Assembly: GCA_963422645.2 (NCBI GenBank)
Contig: CAXXVO010000005.1
Span: forward strand, 1 to 64,000
Reading direction: 5' to 3'
Source of the DNA: Alphaproteobacteria bacterium
GTDB lineage: Bacteria; Pseudomonadota; Alphaproteobacteria; UBA828
Length of the DNA: 64,000 bases
Below are positions 60,776-64,000 of this stretch, one piece after another. The translations under genes were made by a program, and so were the position numbers. Within the stretch, counting starts at the first letter, position 1. Each line of letters begins with the position of its first letter. The notes below the pieces were generated by a model. That model was given only the letters and a program-made list of their open reading frames with translations, ran no database searches and had not been told where the DNA came from.

Positions 60776-60893
60776 CATCCTTCGGAGGCACCCTCATCCA
60801 CGCCGGAGGTAGCCAGTACCGTGGTTCCAGGCATCGGGCGCTGACCACTGTTGCCCTTCGCCACGATGCGAGGCTTCGTAATCCTCCCCGATA

Positions 60894-60991
60894 TGTCGTC
60901 GAACACAGACATTTGTGAGAGTCGTCGATCGCGGACATTTTGGTCTTGTCGCCGCACGACGACATATGTACATTGTTGGCGTTCGACGACA
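60894..60991. promoter_or_regulatory. four palindromic HipB-type operators
   Basis: 18-bp TGTC-N10-GACA-type boxes at 60894, 60920, 60947 and 60974, directly upstream of hipB. Confidence 0.75.
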
Positions 60992-61002
60992 TCGGGGCCA
61001 TC

Positions 61003-61293
61003 ATGCAAATCCGAACTTCCCTGGACCTGGGTCTGGCCATCCGCGACAGACGCCGCAAACTCAAGCTGAGCCAAACCGAGCTCGCCCGCAAAGCGGGAGT
61101 CGGACGACAATGGGTCGTGGCCATCGAGCACGGCAAGTCCCGTGCCGAGCTCGGTCTGGTTCTCCGTACCCTTGCCGCCCTGGACCTCCCGTTGACGATC
61201 GGTCCCGGCGATCGCCGGTTTCCGCCGAGCGACGACCTGAACCCCGTCGATATCGACGCCATCGTGAATGCCGCCAAGGAAGATCGGACATGA
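61003..61293 (+). CDS. hipB: HipB-like HTH antitoxin
   Basis: IRDRRRKLKLSQTELARKAGVGRQW...IE.GK; ATGA overlap with hipA. Confidence 0.88.
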   Translation: MQIRTSLDLGLAIRDRRRKLKLSQTELARKAGVGRQWVVAIEHGKSRAELGLVLRTLAALDLPLTIGPGDRRFPPSDDLNPVDIDAIVNAAKEDRT

Positions 61294-62576
61294 CCGAGCT
61301 TCTTATCGTCGTTGCCGATCGCCGGATCATGGGCGAAATCCGACGCGATCGGCGCGGCCGGCTGACATTCGTCTACGACGACCGCTGGCGCTCCATGGAT
61401 GCAGCTTATCCACTTTCTCTCTCGATGCCGCTCGTGGTCGCCGAACATGAGCACCCCAGGATCGAGCCCTGGCTCTGGGGACTGCTTCCCGACAACGAAG
61501 CCATCCTGGCCCGCTGGGGACAGCGGTTTCATGTGTCGCCCCGCAACGCCTTTGCCTTGCTCGGTGCGGTAGGCGAGGACTGCCCCGGCGCCATCCAGCT
61601 GGTACGACCGGACAGGGTCGATGACATTCTCCAGGCCGACGACCAGCAGATCGAATGGCTGACCGAGGCCGACATCGCCGAACGCCTGCATATCCTGAGA
61701 CAAGATCAGGCGGCGTGGCGCATGGCGCGCGATGCCGGCCAGTTCAGCCTCGCCGGCGCACAGCCGAAGACGGCGCTCCTATTCGACGGTCAGCGCTGGG
61801 GGGTGCCCAGCGGCCCGACGCCGACCACCCACATCCTGAAACCGCCCATCGACGGGCTCGACGGACACGCCGAAAACGAACACCTGTGCCTGGCGCTGGC
61901 TCGCGCGCTCGGGTTGCCCGCGGCACGTTCGGAGGTGCGCAGATTCGGGGATGAATCGGCAATCATCGTGGAACGGTATGACCGGACCAGGCTCCCCGGA
62001 TCGATCCGGCGCCTTCACCAGGAAGACATGTGTCAGGTCCTGGGGCTTCCCCCGACGAAGAAATACCAGAATGAGGGCGGCCCCGGGTGCGCGGAGCTGA
62101 GCGAAGCGATCTGGACACACTCGGGAGAGCCCGGCGACGATGCGTGGACCTTCGCGCGCGCCATCATGCTGAACTGGATCATCGGCGGCACCGACGCGCA
62201 CGCGAAGAACTTCTCCATGCTGATCGGTCCGCAAGGGCGCGGACGCCTCGCACCTCTCTACGACGTGGCAAGCATGTTGCCCTACGACGTAGATCCCAGG
62301 AGGCTGAAGATGGCCACCAAGATTGGCGGGAAATACCTGCTCGAAGAGGTTCAATCGCGCCATTGGGTGAAGTTCGCAGCTGAAGTGCGCCTGCCACCCG
62401 CCGAAGTCATCGACATGGGTAAAGCCATTGTTGCGACGTTGCCGACCCTGGTTACCGAAGCCGTCGACGACGCCCGTGCCAATGGGCTCGATCACCCGAT
62501 TCTGCAGCGTTTGATCGGGGTGTTGAACGCCCGTTCGAATCATTGTGCCCGCATCTTGGAAGCGGCGACAGCCTGA
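61290..62576 (+). CDS. hipA: HipA-family kinase toxin
   Basis: PLSLSMP, GLLPDN, SLAGAQPK, THILKP, HQEDMCQ, DAHAKNFS, LAPLYD. Confidence 0.93.
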   Translation: MTELLIVVADRRIMGEIRRDRRGRLTFVYDDRWRSMDAAYPLSLSMPLVVAEHEHPRIEPWLWGLLPDNEAILARWGQRFHVSPRNAFALLGAVGEDCPGAIQLVRPDRVDDILQADDQQIEWLTEADIAERLHILRQDQAAWRMARDAGQFSLAGAQPKTALLFDGQRWGVPSGPTPTTHILKPPIDGLDGHAENEHLCLALARALGLPAARSEVRRFGDESAIIVERYDRTRLPGSIRRLHQEDMCQVLGLPPTKKYQNEGGPGCAELSEAIWTHSGEPGDDAWTFARAIMLNWIIGGTDAHAKNFSMLIGPQGRGRLAPLYDVASMLPYDVDPRRLKMATKIGGKYLLEEVQSRHWVKFAAEVRLPPAEVIDMGKAIVATLPTLVTEAVDDARANGLDHPILQRLIGVLNARSNHCARILEAATA

Positions 62577-62599
62577 TCCGCTCCTCGCGTACGCAGGGA

Positions 62600-63521
62600 C
62601 CCGATCCCGCCTGAGCCCGAGCCCGACCCCACCGTCGCCGATCTCGCGGCCCGGTGCATGCGCGCCTACGTCAAGGTCCACTGTAAGCCGAAGACCGAGA
62701 AGCTGTACCGCACCGCCATCGACCGGCACATCGTTCCGGCGCTCGGCGCCATGGCGGTGAAAGACGTCCGATCGAAGCATGTGATCGAGCTCCATGACCG
62801 CCTGCGCGACACACCCTCGATGGCCAACCATGTCGTCAGGATGCTCGGAAAGATGTTCTCGCTCGCCGAAACATGGGACTTGGTCCCCCGGGGCCGCAAC
62901 CCCTGCAGGGCGGTGCTCCAATACCGCGAAGAGCCCCGGGAACGCTTCCTGGCGCCGGAGGAATACCGGGAGGTCGGTGCGGCGCTCCGGGCAGCGGAGG
63001 CCGAGGGCTGGATGTGGCCTGCCGCGATCGCGGCCATCCGGCTCCTGATGCTGACCGGCTGCCGCAAGTCGGAAATCCTCACGCTCCGCTGGGACGACGT
63101 GGACCGCACGGTGGGCGAGTTGCGGCTCCGCGACGGCAAGCGTGGCCCGCGCATGGTGCCGCTCACCACGCCTGTCCTGAAAGTGCTTGATGGCATCGAG
63201 CGCATCGAAGGCAATCCCTGGGTCATCCGCAGCAAGAAGCCCGGCGCCTGCTTGTCCGACCTCACCTACTACTGGAACCGCATCCAGGCACATGTCGGGT
63301 TGGAGGGCGTGCGCATCCATGACCTGCGCCACAGCCATGCCTCCCGGGCGCTCGCGCTCGGCGAGAGTCTGGCCATGATCGGCCGCATTCTCGGCCACTC
63401 CAAGGTCGGCACCACCGCCCGGTATGCACATCTTGTGCACGACGCCGAGAAGGCCGCCGCCGCCCGCACCGGCGACAGCATCGGCGCCCACCTCGCGCCG
63501 CAAGACGCCGAGGCGGCGTAG
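62600..63521 (+). pseudogene. tyrosine integrase lacking its N-terminal arm-binding domain
   Basis: TGCRKSEI, HDLRH, LGH, YAH catalytic motifs; homology starts at PTVADLA just after hipA. Confidence 0.85.
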
Positions 63522-63535
63522 GGGAGGCACGGGCG

Positions 63536-64000
63536 ATGGCGGTACTGCAATACAAGACGCTCTCCAACCGCACGGTGGCGGCGCTCGCCGTCGAGCGCGA
63601 CACGGTGTTCTGGGACCGCGAGCTCACCGGCTTCGGGGTCAGGGTCTATCCGACCGGCGGCAAGGTCTTCGTCGCCCAGGCGCGCGGTCCGGACGGGCCG
63701 GACAGGCCGAACAAGCCACGGCGGATCACGGTCGGCCGCCACCCGGTGCTCAGCGCCGAGCAGGCGCGCCAGCGGGCCGCCCTCATCATCGCGCGGGTCA
63801 AGGCCGGGGAGGATCCGGTTCCCCTGCCGCTCCCGGCGAAGTACGCCGGTGGACCGACGATCACCGACCTGGCGGCGCGCTATCTTGAGCAGCATGTCGC
63901 GGTCCGCTGCAAGCCGAAGACGCAGCGCACGGCGCGCAGCGTCGTCAACCGCCACCTCGTGCCGGCGCTCGGCAAGCTCCCGATCGCCGCCGTGGAGCGC
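63536..64000 (+). CDS. tyrosine integrase with arm-binding domain (runs off the window)
   Basis: RBS GGAGG; MAVLQYKTLS..FWDRELTGFGVRVYPTGGKVF..ITVGRH..AEQAR..GEDP. Confidence 0.85.
   Translation, partial: MAVLQYKTLSNRTVAALAVERDTVFWDRELTGFGVRVYPTGGKVFVAQARGPDGPDRPNKPRRITVGRHPVLSAEQARQRAALIIARVKAGEDPVPLPLPAKYAGGPTITDLAARYLEQHVAVRCKPKTQRTARSVVNRHLVPALGKLPIAAVER

Overview
This is a high-GC bacterial window, probably alphaproteobacterial, where decaying mobile DNA surrounds an intact core-gene block. In order: (1) a truncated hyi gene followed by three nested IS remnants; (2) a siphovirus-type tail module (DUF1833-like, NlpC/P60, TipJ, glycine-rich fibre, QueC-like protein) ending in a transposon-type ...ACA terminus at 9165; (3) a ~22-kb conjugative island with IncI/Dot-Icm genes (icmT, dotB, dotC, dotD), a type IVb pilus operon, an excisionase and an FseA-like DUF6499/DUF2285 activator; (4) IS256 and IS481 elements; (5) phnW, molybdenum-hydroxylase accessory genes, a 10-gene Mrp-type antiporter cluster and a damaged sulfite-reduction operon; (6) a second, related TGT... 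terminus that cuts cysG and carries a phage head-morphogenesis gene; (7) a serine-recombinase element inserted in a DISARM-like helicase locus; (8) RecD2 and SNF2 fragments, hipBA with four operators, and tandem tyrosine integrases. Three observations stand out. A 15-bp motif (CCGGCACGAGTGTCT) is scattered through the island's coding sequences independent of strand and frame. All three predicted pilins lack the conserved Glu5. A 100-bp MITE with an 8-bp target duplication lies between the two pilV-like genes. All family assignments come from motif recognition by eye; no searches were run.
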